Source: Pecten maximus (lineage: Eukaryota). From it: a stretch of 64,000 nucleotides of DNA. The translations under genes were made by a program, and so were the position numbers. Numbering within the stretch: position 1 is the first letter of the stretch; each line of letters begins with the position of its first letter. Of the stretch, positions 1 to 13,296 are shown in pieces. The notes below the pieces were generated by a model that was not told the origin of the DNA, did not search any database, and worked only from the letters and a program-made list of their open reading frames with translations. The stretch is taken from positions 11,780,001-11,844,000 of the forward strand of contig NC_047030.1 of the NCBI RefSeq assembly GCF_902652985.1, read 5' to 3'.

Positions 1-182
1 ACCACATTTGGAATCCAAAGTAAAGCTGTTTAACAGTCTTTAAAGGTGTTTTTTAATATTATTTTTTAGCATATTGAAAACCACATACATTAAACTGATA
101 GACCATGTCTACAGGTGCTACGTGTCTAATCTGAAGTATAAATTAAATCTGTCCATAACTACTACCTATAAATACTCTATAT

Positions 183-2311
183 CCACTTGTCTATAGTGGC
201 CACCAGTCTCATGATAACTACCACCTCTGTATAGCAGCCAGTTGTCTATAGTGGCCACCAGTCTCATGATAACTACCACCTCTGTATAGCAGCCAGTTGT
301 CTATAGTGGCCACCAGTCTCATGATAACTACCACCTCTGTATAGCAGCCAGTTGTCTATAATGGCCACCAGTCTCATGATAACTACCACCTCTGTTTAGC
401 AGCCAGTTCTCTATAGTGGCCACCAGTCTCATGATAACTACCACCTCTGTATAGCAGCCACTTGTCTATAGTGGCCACCAGTCTCATGATAACTACCATC
501 TCTGTATAGCAGCCAGTTGTCTATAGTGGACACCGGTCTCATGATAACTACCACCTCTGTATAGCAGCCACTTGTCTATAGTGGCCATCAGTCTCATGAT
601 AACTATCACCTCTGTATAGCAGCCAGTTGTCTATAATGGCCACCAGTCTCATGATAACTACCACCTCTGTATAGCAGCCAGTTCTCTATAGTGGCCACCA
701 GTCTCATGATAACTACCACCTCTGTATAGCAGCCACTTGTCTATAGTGATCACCAATCTCATGATAACTACCACCTCTGTATAGCAGCCACTTGTATATA
801 GTGGCCACCAGTCTCATGATAACTACCACCTCTGTATAGCAGCCACTTGTATATAGTGGCCACCAGTCTCATGATAACTACCACCTCTGTATAGCAGCCA
901 GTGATAACTACCACCTCTGTATAGCAGCCACTTGTCTTGTCTATAGTGGCCACCAATCTCATGATAACTACCACCTCTGTATAGCAGCCACTTGTCTATA
1001 GTGGCCACCAGTCTCATGATAACTACCACCTCTGTATAGCAGCCACTTGTCTATAGTGGCCACCAATCTCATGATAACTACCACCTCTGTATAACAGCCA
1101 CTTGTCTATATTGGTCACCAGTCTCATGATAACTGCCACCTCTGTATAGCAGCCAGCTCTCTATAGTAGCCACCAGTCTCATGATAACTACCACCTCTGT
1201 ATAGCAGCCACTTGTCTATAGTGGCCACCAGTCTCATGATAACTACCACCTCTGTATAGCAGCCAGTTCTCTATAGTGGCCACCAGTCTCATGATAACTA
1301 CCACCTCTGTATAACAGCCACTTGTCTATAGTGGTCACCAGTCTCATGATAACTTCCACCTCTGTATAGCAGCCAGTTCTCTATATTGGCCACCAGTCTC
1401 ATGATAACTACCACCTCTGTATAGCAGCCACTTGTCTATAGTGATCACCAATCTCATGATAACTACCACCTCTGTATAGCAGCCACTTGTATATAGTGGC
1501 CACCAGTCTCATGATAACTACCACCTCTGTATAGCAGCCACTTGTATATAGTGGCCACCAGTCTCATGATAACTACCACCTCTGTATAGCAGCCAGTGAT
1601 AACTACCACCTCTGTATAGCAGCCACTTGTCTTGTCTATAGTGGCCACCAATCTCATGATAACTACCACCTCTGTATAGCAGCCACTTGTCTATAGTGGC
1701 CACCAGTCTCATGATAACTACCACCTCTGTATAGCAGCCACTTGTCTATAGTGGCCACCAATCGTATGATAACTACCACCTCTGTATAACAGCCACTTGT
1801 CTATAGTGGTCACCAGTCTCATGATAACTGCCACCTCTGTATAGCAGCCAGTTCTCTATAGTAGCCACCAGTCTCATGATAACTACCACCTCTGTATAGC
1901 AGCCACTTGTCTATAGTAGCCACCAGTCTCATGATAACTACCACATCTGTATAGCAGCCACTTGTCTTTAATGGCCACCAGTCTCATGATAACTATCACC
2001 TCTGTATAGCAGCCAGTTGTCTATAATGGCCACCAGTCTCATGATAACTACCACCTCTGTATAGCAGCCAGTTCTCTATAGTGGCCACCAGTCTCATGAT
2101 AACTACCACCTCTGTATAGCAGCCAGTTGTCTATAGTGGCCACCAGTCTCATGATAACTACCACCTCTGTATAGCAGCCACTTGTCTATAATGGCCACCA
2201 GTCTCATGATAACTATCACCTCTGTATAGCAGCCACTTGTCTATAGTGGTCACCAGTCTCATGATAACTACCACCTCTGTATAGCAGCCACTTGTCTATA
2301 ATGGCCACCAG
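183..2311. repeat. 55-bp minisatellite, ~38 copies, with a ~695-bp higher-order duplication
   Basis: Unit CTTGTCTATAGTGGCCACCAGTCTCATGATAACTACCACCTCTGTATAGCAGCCA repeated head-to-tail without spacers. Identical irregularities recur 695 bp apart (ORFs 768-1029 = 1463-1724). Confidence 0.97.
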
Positions 2312-3154
2312 TATAAAGTAACCATAGGTATAACTACCACCTATAAGCAATGACAACTTTTTAACATATACCTATGCAAATGTCACCTGTTTTATAAACA
2401 CCTGTATTCAGATATCTTCTGTAATGTTCACCTAAGTACACCACTAATTAACAAGTACCATTATACAGGTGACCTATATTTAGATGTCTTCTATAATGTT
2501 CACCCTAAGTACACCACCAATTAACAAGCACCTTTATACAGGTGACAAACATTTAGTTATTACCTGTAAGTCTCTCTTGTGTATACCATACACTGGCAAC
2601 ATTAAACATTTCATTTTAACAGCTATCATAATGGACTTTCAGAGTTCTTTTAAATGTACACTTCAAATTAAACTGAATTAAAATGATTTACAAAAGCTAC
2701 ATTGACAGCATGAGAAGCCTTAGTAGAGGAATAGACCTAAAACAACATGTAATGTATCATGGTTGTACCGACACCTTTGTTCTATAGACATTTTCAGCTT
2801 TGACGACCAAGTAGTATTCGTCAAGTGAACAAATATTAGCATATAGAGATCACTAATACACACTCCATTCAGCAAACAAGAATATTATTCTGTGGTTTCA
2901 CTCCCCCATACTGACATTAATAATCTAATACCTAGGGTCAATAACCATAACCTTTCATGAAACATTAAGTTACCTACATCATAATGTATGAAATTTGATA
3001 CAAGCAAGGTTAAAAAAAAAGGTTTATGTAGCTCCATGCCCCTTTTAGTCTTTGTTAACCTTTGACCCCCTGGGTGTGACCTTATTTTCATCTAAATCGA
3101 AATCCATTCAATAGTTCTTGAGAGTAAGTTTTTTTAAAGAAAATATTGCTGAAG

Positions 3155-3570
3155 GACAATGGGCATCTTACAATGGGTGTTGTCTATCTGAATGACAATG
3201 GGCATCTTACAATGGGTGTTGTCTATCTGAATGACAATGGGCATCTTACAATGGGTGTTGTCTATCTGAATGACAATGGGCATCTTACAATGGGTGTTGT
3301 CTATCTGAATGACAATGGGCATCTTACAATGGGTGTTGTCTATCTGAATGACAATGGGCATCTTACAATGGGTGTTGTCTATCTGAATGACAATGGGCAT
3401 CTTACAATGGGTGTTGTCTATCTGAATGACAATGGGCATCTTACAATGGGTGTTGTCTATCTGAATGACAATGGGCATCTTACAATGGGTGTTGTCTATC
3501 TGAATGACAATGGGCATCTTACAATGGGTGTTGTCTATCTGAATGACAATGGGCATCTTACAATGGGTGT
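3155..3570. repeat. 39-bp minisatellite, ~10.5 essentially identical copies
   Basis: Unit GACAATGGGCATCTTACAATGGGTGTTGTCTATCTGAAT; accounts for ORFs 3134-3556 and 3146-3592. Confidence 0.97.
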
Positions 3571-5264
3571 CTACGTAATAATCTCACAATGAACCAGGTG
3601 AGGGAATAAAACAGAAAAATGATCAAAAAGGATAACTAGAGCAAAATAAGAAGGGGCTCACATAGACATAGGCATGTGTACTTAATTGTTTGTGTGTTAA
3701 TACATGAGACCTTGTAGTAATAATTTAACCACAGGAATTTACAGCCAATGTTCAGCCATATTGGTATTGATTGGTATTGACCTATATTCCTACATACAAA
3801 GGCTATCCTTCAATCTGTCCACTTAATCGATCATGAATACTAGAATACATGTGTTTGTTTGAAGTCATGGCCAAAAATATTTCCAAAGCAGATGTGTAAT
3901 TATACTACAGTTTGTACTCGCTGAATATGTCTATATCACTGTACTACTTATTGTACATGTATATTTCACAATAGGTTGAAAATATGTCTGAGAACAATCA
4001 TGCTTTACCCATATATATACCTGTACCTGTATTTTAGGGGAAATAAATATTGATGACATACACCCTAAACAAAAGCAGGTGGAGATACACTTATATAGGG
4101 ACAGGTGTGCTTATTGGATAACTATGGTAATATGTACAACAGAGAAATAAAAATAATTATCGAAAGCAACCTTAAATATCTCATTATCTGAAGACATCTA
4201 GTTAATGGTACATTTTTACCACAGATTATATTCATATATATACAGGTACTTGTATGTTAGCTTTAATATGTACAATAAGTCATGTACCTTATTTATGAAA
4301 TAGTTCATTAATTTTTAAAGTGAACTTTTAATATACCTCCTCTCTGAACCAGGTTTGGTTTGGTTTAGTATTGAGATCCCTATCAACAGCTATGGTCATC
4401 TAAGACACCATCTGAACCAGGTAATTTGGATATACGTGTCACAGGTATATTGTGTACAGAGTCATTATACTGTGATGAAGTTGCTTTCTAGCTTTACACT
4501 AGTGGGGATTTATCTTTAGTGTGATAGGTAGAGCGGCTGACTGTCAAGTCAAGGGTCATTTAGGCGGTGTGAAGTTTGATTCTCGGTGGAGACTCATTAT
4601 TTGCTTTTCCTGTTACATCTGGTGCCGTGACCAGGATAATACAGGATTTCAGGATTTCACAGGAAAACTTCTTATTTCTGGGATGTGGCAAATGTTTTAA
4701 TAACCTAGTTCCAATATGTGGCACTCTACTTTATCAGAAAGCATTTCAAATTGTCTAATGTAGCAAGAATTATTATGAACTTCACATCCACTAATAACAC
4801 CATTGTAAGAAATTGTTCATTTCAGTAAAATCGAAGAATTATTTGAAATAAAAACAAAAATTGCCCAATGAGCCAGTAAACTATGAATGTTCTCAGGGAT
4901 AACAGAGCTGCTTTGTTCTAAAAATAATCTCCAAGGTCTTTATGAATACAATAGCCCTGAGCAGGTGATACGGCAATGAGCAGCATACTAGAGTGTAGAT
5001 CTGTGTTTATTGATCTAATGTTGCTACACTCCGGTACCACTACAGGTAGAAACGTCAGTCATCAGGTGTGCCAATGATCAGCTTTTACTGGAACTGACAG
5101 AGAATTAAATGATGCATGGATTTATGATATTGTATTGTCATTTGATCTAATCTAAATAGGACATGTATTTGTGTGAATACATGAAAAAAACTGTCAGGAT
5201 TATTCTCATTCTGGTGCCACAATCATGCAATAATGTAAAAGACAGGCGTCAACAGGGGAGGATG

Positions 5265-7510
5265 GTACACAGCCTTGTTTATAGTGGGACAGTACACAGC
5301 CTGGTTTATAGTGGGACAGTACACATCCTGGTGTATAGTGGGACAGTACACAGCCTGGTTTATAGTGGGACAGTACACAACCTGGTTTATAGTGGGACAG
5401 TACACAGCCTGGTTTATAGTGGGACAGGACACAACCTGGTTTATAGTGGGACAGTACACAGTCTGGTTTATAGTGGGACAGTACACAGCCTGGTTTATAG
5501 TGGACAGTACACAGCCAGGTTTATAGTGGGACAGTATACAGTCTGGTTTATAGTGGGACAGTACACAGTCTGGTTTATAGTGGGACAGTACACAGCCTGG
5601 TTTATAGTGGGACAGTACACAGTCCGGTTTATAGTGGGACAGTACACAGTCTGGTTTATAGTGGGACAGTACACAGCCTGGTTTATAGTGGGACAGTACA
5701 CAGCCTGGTTTATAGTGGGACAGTACATAGCCTGGTTTATAGTGGGACAGTACACAGCCTGGTTTATAGTGGGACAGTACACAGCCTGGTTTATAGTGGG
5801 ACAGTACACAGCCTGGTTTACAGTGGGACAGTACACAGCCTGGTTTACAGTGGGACAGTACACAGCCTGGTTTATAGTGGGACAGTACACAGCCTGGTTT
5901 ATAGTGGGACAGTACACAGCCTGGTTTACAGTGGGACAGTACACAGTCTGGTTTATAGTGGGACAGTACATAGCCTGGTTTATAGTGGGACAGTACATAG
6001 CCTGGTTTATAGTGGGACAGTACACAGTCTGGTTTATAGTGAGACAGTACATAGCCTGGTTTATAGTGGGACAGTACATAGCCTGGTTTATAGTGGACAG
6101 TACACACCCTGGTTTATAGTGGGACAGTATACAGTCTGGTTTATAGTGGGACAGTACACAGTCTGGTTTATAGTGGGATAGGATACAGCCTGGTTTATAG
6201 TGGGACAGTACACATCCTGGTTTATAGTGGGACAGTACACAGCCTGGTTTATAGTCGGACAGTACACAGCCTGGTTTATAGTGGGACAGTACACAGCCTG
6301 GTTTATAGTGGGACAGTACACAGCCTGGTTTATAGTGGGACAGTACATAGCCTGGTTTATAGTGGGACAGTACACAGCCTGGTTTATAGTGGGACAGTAC
6401 ACAGCCTGGTTTATAGTGGGACAGTACACAGTCTGGTTTATAGTGGGACAGTACACAGCCTGGTTTATAGTGGGACAGTACATAGCCTGGTTTATAGTGG
6501 GACAGTTCACAGCCTGGTTTATAGTGGGACAGTACACAGCCTGGTTTATAGTGGGACAGTACACAGCCTGGTTTATAGTGGGACAGTACACATCCTGGTT
6601 TATAGTGGGACAGTACACAGTCTGGTTTATAGTGGGACAGTATACATTCTGGTTTATAGTGGGACAGTACACAGCCTGGTTTATAGTGGGACAGTACACA
6701 GCCTGGTTTATAGTGGGACAGTACAGTCTGGTTTATAGTGGGACAGTACATAGCCTGGTTTATAGTGGCACAGTACACAGCCTGGTTTATAGTGGGACAG
6801 TACACAGCCTCAGGTTTATAGTGGGACAGTACACAGTCTGGTTTATAGTGGGACAGTACACACCCTGGTTTATAGTGGGACAGTACACAGCCTGGTTTAT
6901 AGTGGGACAGTACACAGTCTGGGTTATAGTGGGACAGTACATAGCCTGGTTTATAGTGGGACAGTACACAGTCTGGTTTATAGTGGGACAGTACACAGCC
7001 TGGTTTATAGTGGGACAGTACACAGTCTGGTTTATAGTGGGACAGTACACAGCCCGGTTTATAGTGGGACAGTACACAGCCCGGTTTATAGTGGGACAGT
7101 ACACAGCCTGGTTTATAGTGGGACAGTACACAGTCTGGTTTATAGTGGGACAGTACACAGCCTGGTTTATAGTGGGACAGTACACAGTCTGGTTTATAGT
7201 GGGACAGTACAGTCTGGTTTATAGTGGGACAGTACACAGCCTGGTTTATAGTGGGACAGTACACAGCCTGGTTTATAGTGGGACAGTACACAGTCTGGTT
7301 TATAGTGGGACAGGACACAGCCTGGTTTATAGTGGGACAGGACACAGCCTGGTTTATAGTGGGACAGTACACAGCCTGGTTTATAGTGGGACAGTACACA
7401 GCCTGGTTTATAGTGGGACAGTACACAGCCTGGTTTATAGTGGGACAGTACACAGCCTGGTTTATAGTGGGACAGTACACAGCTTGGTTTATAGTGGGAC
7501 AGTACATAGT
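5265..7510. repeat. 27-bp minisatellite, ~83 copies
   Basis: Unit GTACACAGCCTGGTTTATAGTGGGACA with point variants and occasional 1-2 bp indels; source of all long ORFs at 5163-7534. Confidence 0.97.
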
Positions 7511-8007
7511 GTTAGATTGCTAGTAAAATTTTAGGCACTGTGTTGGAACTGTTACCAATTGTCTTATCTATTTCTTTAGTCAGAGATGTTTTGTCTCCAA
7601 CTACTACATAATAATGACAACACAAGATATCATATCTACACATATGCCTTCCAGCGTTCACACTTGACACCTCCACACTTGTGTTATGTGCTGTTTTTGC
7701 TTCCTGGTACAGATAAAGTTGCCTGGCAACAGCTCCAACCAGAACCAATGAACATGGTGACATCATCGCCTGTATCAGTTAGAGGACTTTCCAAGAGCAC
7801 TTATAAAACCCTGATGTAACATTGACTGGATGCTACAAGCGGAGAATTATCAACTACAAAACATTCACAGAAATTGATTCAGATAATACTTTCTTATATG
7901 GACATAGTATATTTGTGAATCAATTCTGTCTATCAAAGTTATTTGGATCTAAATGACTCCAATGTCAGTGGGCCATAAAACAATAAAACAAAATAGCCAT
8001 TATATAC

Positions 8008-8180
8008 CTGCCTTTTTCACTAGTTAGTATTAGGGCATTCTTGCCTCATTTTGGGAAAATAATTGGTTAATTCCAGGGAAGGAAGTTTTCAGGTGTAAAC
8101 TGCAAACTTTGGGAATTGGCCTATATATGAAATAAATAAAATTTGGAACAGGGCCTTTTTGGCAACAAAGAAAAATGGTG
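8008..8180. mobile_element. Degenerate copy of the small TIR element at 33205-33391
   Basis: Shares CTCATTTTGGGAA...TTTTCAGGTGTAAAC..CAAACTTTGGGAATT.GC with 33205-33391; termini eroded. Confidence 0.6.
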
Positions 8181-10310
8181 ATACATGTATATCACATGAC
8201 AATAATGTGACTTGGCAATATATATCACATGACAATAATGTTACTTGGCAATAGGTATATCATGATCACCTGCTTGAATCTTTTCCTTAAACATCAAACA
8301 TACTTATATATAATTATTTAACTAAAATTACTTCATGAAAGAATGCAAGGTATTCTGCTTAGGAAAACAGGAATGTAATTTCAAGTCTGCTTGGCCAACT
8401 TTGTATTGAATGTCAAAGAAGTATATTGACTGATTGGCTGGTTAGATAAGCCGTCTTATCCTCAAATCAATAAAGCACAGAGACTTTTCGTATAGACATT
8501 ATACCTATAATACAATTTATCTAAGATAAGATTTAGAAAAAAACAAACATTGCTGAATATCACAAACACCCAATCATTTAAACATTAAAAACTTGTAAAT
8601 AATGACAGTCAAGAAAAAACCAAGAGAATATTTACATGTAACTGAAACCTTAATTCTAACTCAAACTTAAACTTGATAAAATGAGGACAAATCCTCTTTG
8701 ATCCTTGAAAAGAAGACCAGGTGTTCCAGCAGGGTAAGAGTCTTCTACTTTATCAACAAAGTTTTCAGTTATGAATAAAACACCTGAAAAAGTTACATGA
8801 AAAGAGGCAATGGCAATACTATGGGGCAGGACTTGGATTCGAACACAGATCTCCAGCTGTATACAGTCACTCTGACCAATTTAAGTTACCTTCAGTCAAA
8901 ATAACCCGATATATTCCTGTTGGCTTATATGGGAAATGGAAGGCAGCAAGCATGTACATATAGAATTGACTATAAATTGAAATTGACACATTCTAATAAT
9001 AAAATTGCAGTTACCCAGCAATATGATTTAAACCAATGTCCTATCAACCAATCAATATCCTGATAACACCTGGGGATACCTGACTCAACAACAACAGAGT
9101 TGCTCAGGGGATGAAGGACAATTTATATACTGTCAACAAGATGAATAATTCACTAATGGTCCTATCCCTAATGATTTCATACTGTATAACGAGTGATACT
9201 GATTGTAAACTATGTTGAAACTATAAATTTACATCTCTTACAATATGATGAATGAGTATTTCATAGATCTGTTATATACATGATAGATTCCATATGCTAC
9301 AATCCAGGTTAGTACCACAGGGTAAAAAATCATCCATTTTATTCAAATCAATGCATCATTGAACCAGACAATGCCTTTGGGAATTTTCTGTTTTCTCATT
9401 AATTTATAGAGCCCTGTATCCTACAGCCAACTTTAAAGCTAAGTCTGTGACATAATTCCCCGTCTTTTTTATCATATTATGACAGTTTATTTGTGTTTTG
9501 CATGATTATGCATCGAATGCCAATCTTCACGACTGTGTGAAATGAGAATCAATGTTAATATGCTCATGAAAAGGTATAAAAATATGATGTCAGCTCAGAA
9601 AATGAAATGTTCCCGATATCAAGTACAGATTAGATAATACAATGACATGTAGTATAACTTGTCTGAGAAGGAAGATATGGACTCCATGTAACTTTTTAAT
9701 GCCACCATTATCTTTATGATAATTAAGAAATAAATGAGAAATCTTTGTGAGGAATAAGTGGTGTATAATACTATTACTCACAATCGTTCCATTATTGGTT
9801 AGATGACTGTAAGACTTTGTATAAGAGTGCCGTATTCATCCACAAATAAGCCCCTTCCTTATTTTTGCAGAATCATCAATTTTAGAATATTAAACTAAAC
9901 GAGGTTCACAAATAAGCCCTCCGCAAACTTTTGTTCCAAACTTTTATATGCTAGGCACTTAGAGATAATTTTGGCCCTGGAGACCTATGAAAGAGTTTGG
10001 GAGTTTTGCCGAAAATATTTTTACATATTGCGTTCAACTGTGGGTAAAAATCCCCAGATCTTGCTCCCAGCACCTTAATGCAGTGCAATCTTTTGATAGT
10101 TCATGACCGTATTTATACTTTGATAAGTCTGTGGAGACAACTCATAATTTTTGACTCCAAGCAGTGGGAGGGCTTATTGCTGAGCAATGAAATATATAGA
10201 ATTTTGGCACCATAATAAAAAATAAACTATTGGAATAATCTTGTTGACATCCATGTATTAAATGAGTGTTAAATGGCAAAATAAAATTTAAAAAATTGAC
10301 AATAAATTAC

Positions 10311-10878
10311 CTCTCCTTGGACGGACTTTCGGCGGCGTTGGAGCTCGCTTTTTCAAGCCTGATGACCTATATTCAAGTAAAGCTGTCTTTTTCTTTTTTG
10401 TTTTTTTAATCTCTTGTGCATGATGTTTGAAACCTGGTGGCCTCACATAAACAGGTCCACTAGCTGTGCTACTTCCACTAGGGGAGGCAACATTTTCATA
10501 GTCATGATCATGTTCGTATGCTTCACATGCCCTCTGTTGTGATTGCGACGGTTGTGATGATGGTTGATGATGCTGATGCTGTTGTGATGATGATGATGAT
10601 GATGATGACTGATGTTTTGGTTGTTGGTACGAGAGGTTGTTGGAATAGTTAGACCGTGGACTGCTAGATCCATCACTTTCCTCGTCACTAGATGTTACAA
10701 TAGGGCCAGATGCACCCCTCTTTGCTGCTCCATTAAGCTGTGGTGCTCGGGGTGTGAGCGCGATGTTCGACACTGGGATTACCTGATTCTCAGACAGAGT
10801 GATTAATCCTGGTGCCCCCTTCTTACCTCCATGTTGTTTTGGAGTGGTAGAAGGAAGTTCGATCAAAGTGGTACTCAT
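10311..10878 (-). CDS. First coding exon (~189 codons) of an uncharacterised low-complexity protein; remaining exons probably lie left of the window
   Basis: Open frame from ATG 10878 with protein-like composition (S/Q/H runs, YENV, SGPVYVRPPGF, basic KKTKKKK, RAPTPPKVRPRR), ending at donor GAG|GTAATT (10311/10310). No downstream exon recognised in 1-10310. Confidence 0.8.
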
Positions 10879-11803
10879 CTTGTAAATCTGTCTTGTGCAA
10901 ACAAGGCCTAATTCATTTTCACTAATCCAATTAATTATAGATATGTGTCAAACGCAAGACACTGAAATTAATTAGCTAACAATAAAAATGCAACATTGTT
11001 TTGCCACCCTGTTCGGCTGTCACAACATTATACCGTTAGCTAATCCGTGCACCAAACACCACAGATGTAACGGTAAATTCAACCACAAAAAAAAATCTCA
11101 GGTAAGTAAAATGAGTGGAAATATGCCTACACTTTTACCATTTTCACGGAATTGATGTATTAAAATCCATTCTTTGATGACGCCGTCGTGGTTTTCTGTT
11201 GATATTCCACCAAGGTACGTAAGTACCGAAGCCAACAACCTTCTGACAAGCAACGTGACCGAACGAGTTCGGAACTGTCAAACGCAAACCTTGGATAACC
11301 ACTTGGGAAGCGTGTACTAACTTGCATTTAGCGCACCTTGCAGACGTTCTATAAGAATTTCCACTCCAATATAGACATGCGATCACATTGATCTATTAAG
11401 TATATGGTATGTAAATCGCTTCCTTTTTTGCTCACAACCTACCTAGCCAGCTAACAATAGACAGTGCGCCATATTGATTGTTTTGATGCTCCGTTGGTAA
11501 TACACACTTTCGTATCCATGTGCCCTAAGGACCGAACAAGCGATGTAACGCGTATTTCGATTGGTGCAAATTGTGCTCTGACGTTTACGGTGTATTCCAA
11601 CATGAGTGTCTATTTTTAGAAATTACAACATGCACTTCAACATCGGAATTCCATTATTTCATTGTTCCCATCGTCTTTTTTATCGACAGCATGTGTCACG
11701 AAACGGCTGCATACAGCAATCTTTTCTTACCGCAACCGGCGATGTTTTTTTTCTTCAAATTATGGATACCTCGGCCCTGTGGCGTAACAAGCCTAACTGT
11801 TAG

Positions 11804-12120
11804 TATGGCAAGCCACAGTGGGAAAAAAGTCACTATTTATGGATATCCATAATTCATTTCAAATATCCATAATTCATTTTTGAATATCCATAAATGATTT
11901 ATGGATATCCATAATTCGACTCACTTAATTATGGATATCCATAGATCTTCTAATTCATTTATGGATATTTAAAATTGATTTATGGATAATAAGAATTATT
12001 TCTAGATATCCATAAATAATTATGGATATCCATAAATCGATTTATGGATATCCATAAATAATGACTTTTCCACTTTGGCTTGCCCAGAGACGTATAGGCC
12101 TATATCTCTGGCTTGCCATA
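11804..12120. mobile_element. Non-autonomous TIR element with TATGG...CCATA termini (IS3EU-like), built of TATGGATATCCATA palindromes
   Basis: Left TATGGCAAGCCACAGTGG..AAAAGTCA matches the reverse complement of the right end; many GGATATCC copies inside; no clean TSD. Confidence 0.65.
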
Positions 12121-12889
12121 GTAGTCGGCCTTGGACAGTAAGAGTTGCTTCCCTTTAAGCACCTGTCTTGTCCCGCCTGACTCGAACTTATATTTTCAGC
12201 TAGCCTAATAATACAATGCTACACAATAATATTAGTTTGCCAAATTTCTTCCCGCACAAAAAAGAAGAAGACGAAATAATAAGAATAAAGCTGATTGCAA
12301 TGCATTTTCAGACAACACATTTCTCATTGTCAAACTTTCCCCAACTGAATAATAATTAAACTATATCGTACGTGTTCGCTAAAAATATTAGATATTCTAT
12401 AACAAAATGAAATGATAAGCATATTTAATTGATTAATAGTTTACAAATGTACTATCTTTTCCTTCTATTTTCTTCTGGAAATTATGACTATTTAAACTTG
12501 ATAGTAATGATTGTGATTGTTACCAGGTTCAATTCCAAGGAACCATTCATTTGAAACTTTTGTAATCAAAGTATATATAGATTGTAATATTACAAAACTT
12601 CGTATACATGTGGATGTTCCTATAATTAAAGGTCAGTAAATTATTAAAACAATCTGCTAGCTAATCGTGTTCAGTGAGATGTCTAGATCTTTAATACACA
12701 TAAATACGAGTACATGTATTTCTTTAGATCGATATCGCAGAGCGAGATTGCGAAATTGCTATATATGGCCCTAACCTGTCACCATATTCAGAATAAGAAA
12801 TGAAAACTTTACCTCTTTTTTTTATTACAACAATTGTGAAATTAGTTATATCAACTTTACATCATCCCCAATTTTTGACTCTGCTGGAA

Positions 12890-13031
12890 ATAGAAACCGG
12901 GGAACCTGAGGAAAAATCACGTGGTCGGGCGTGCAGATCACCATACCTTTGTCCGGTCGGGGAATCGAACCAAGGCCGCCTAGGTAAAAGGCCAATGTTT
13001 AAGCTTTAGCATTGCACTACTTGACCACCCT
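12890..13031 (-). mobile_element. tRNA-derived SINE fragment
   Basis: Minus strand GGTGGTCAAGTAG...GGTTCGATTCCCC (Pol III A/B-box-like, tRNA-Glu/Asp-like head with an insertion), followed by TTTTCCTCAGGTTCCCCGGTTTC resembling a SINE central domain. Confidence 0.55.
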
Positions 13032-13296
13032 AGAAGCTTATTCCGCGTCTCGTATTTATAAATAGGGTATTAATTATATTGTTTCTAGATCGCATATACA
13101 TATATAGATATGAATCTATACTGAGCTGATATAAATCTAGTCTGCTTTAACAATAGTCTATGTCCTTCTATGTGTAGAAGATTAAATAGAGGTGAAGAGT
13201 CGAGGACTACGTCATCATAGTTTAAGTTTGAACTTTTATTTTTCAGTTTTTATAGGCTAATAAGATAAAAATGTCAATAGCTTAAGTTGTGTCAGG

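Noticed and set aside
183-7510. CRISPR-like arrays
   Set aside because: Units are contiguous with no unique spacers, there are no cas genes, and the context is eukaryotic; these are minisatellites.
5163-7534. Long repetitive ORFs (up to 670 aa), also 3134-3592, 768-1724 and 31866-32276
   Set aside because: Open in several frames on both strands simply because the repeat units lack stops; frame-breaking indels are tolerated; no splice or codon evidence.
12945-13031. Functional tRNA gene
   Set aside because: An insertion disrupts the cloverleaf and it runs into SINE body sequence.
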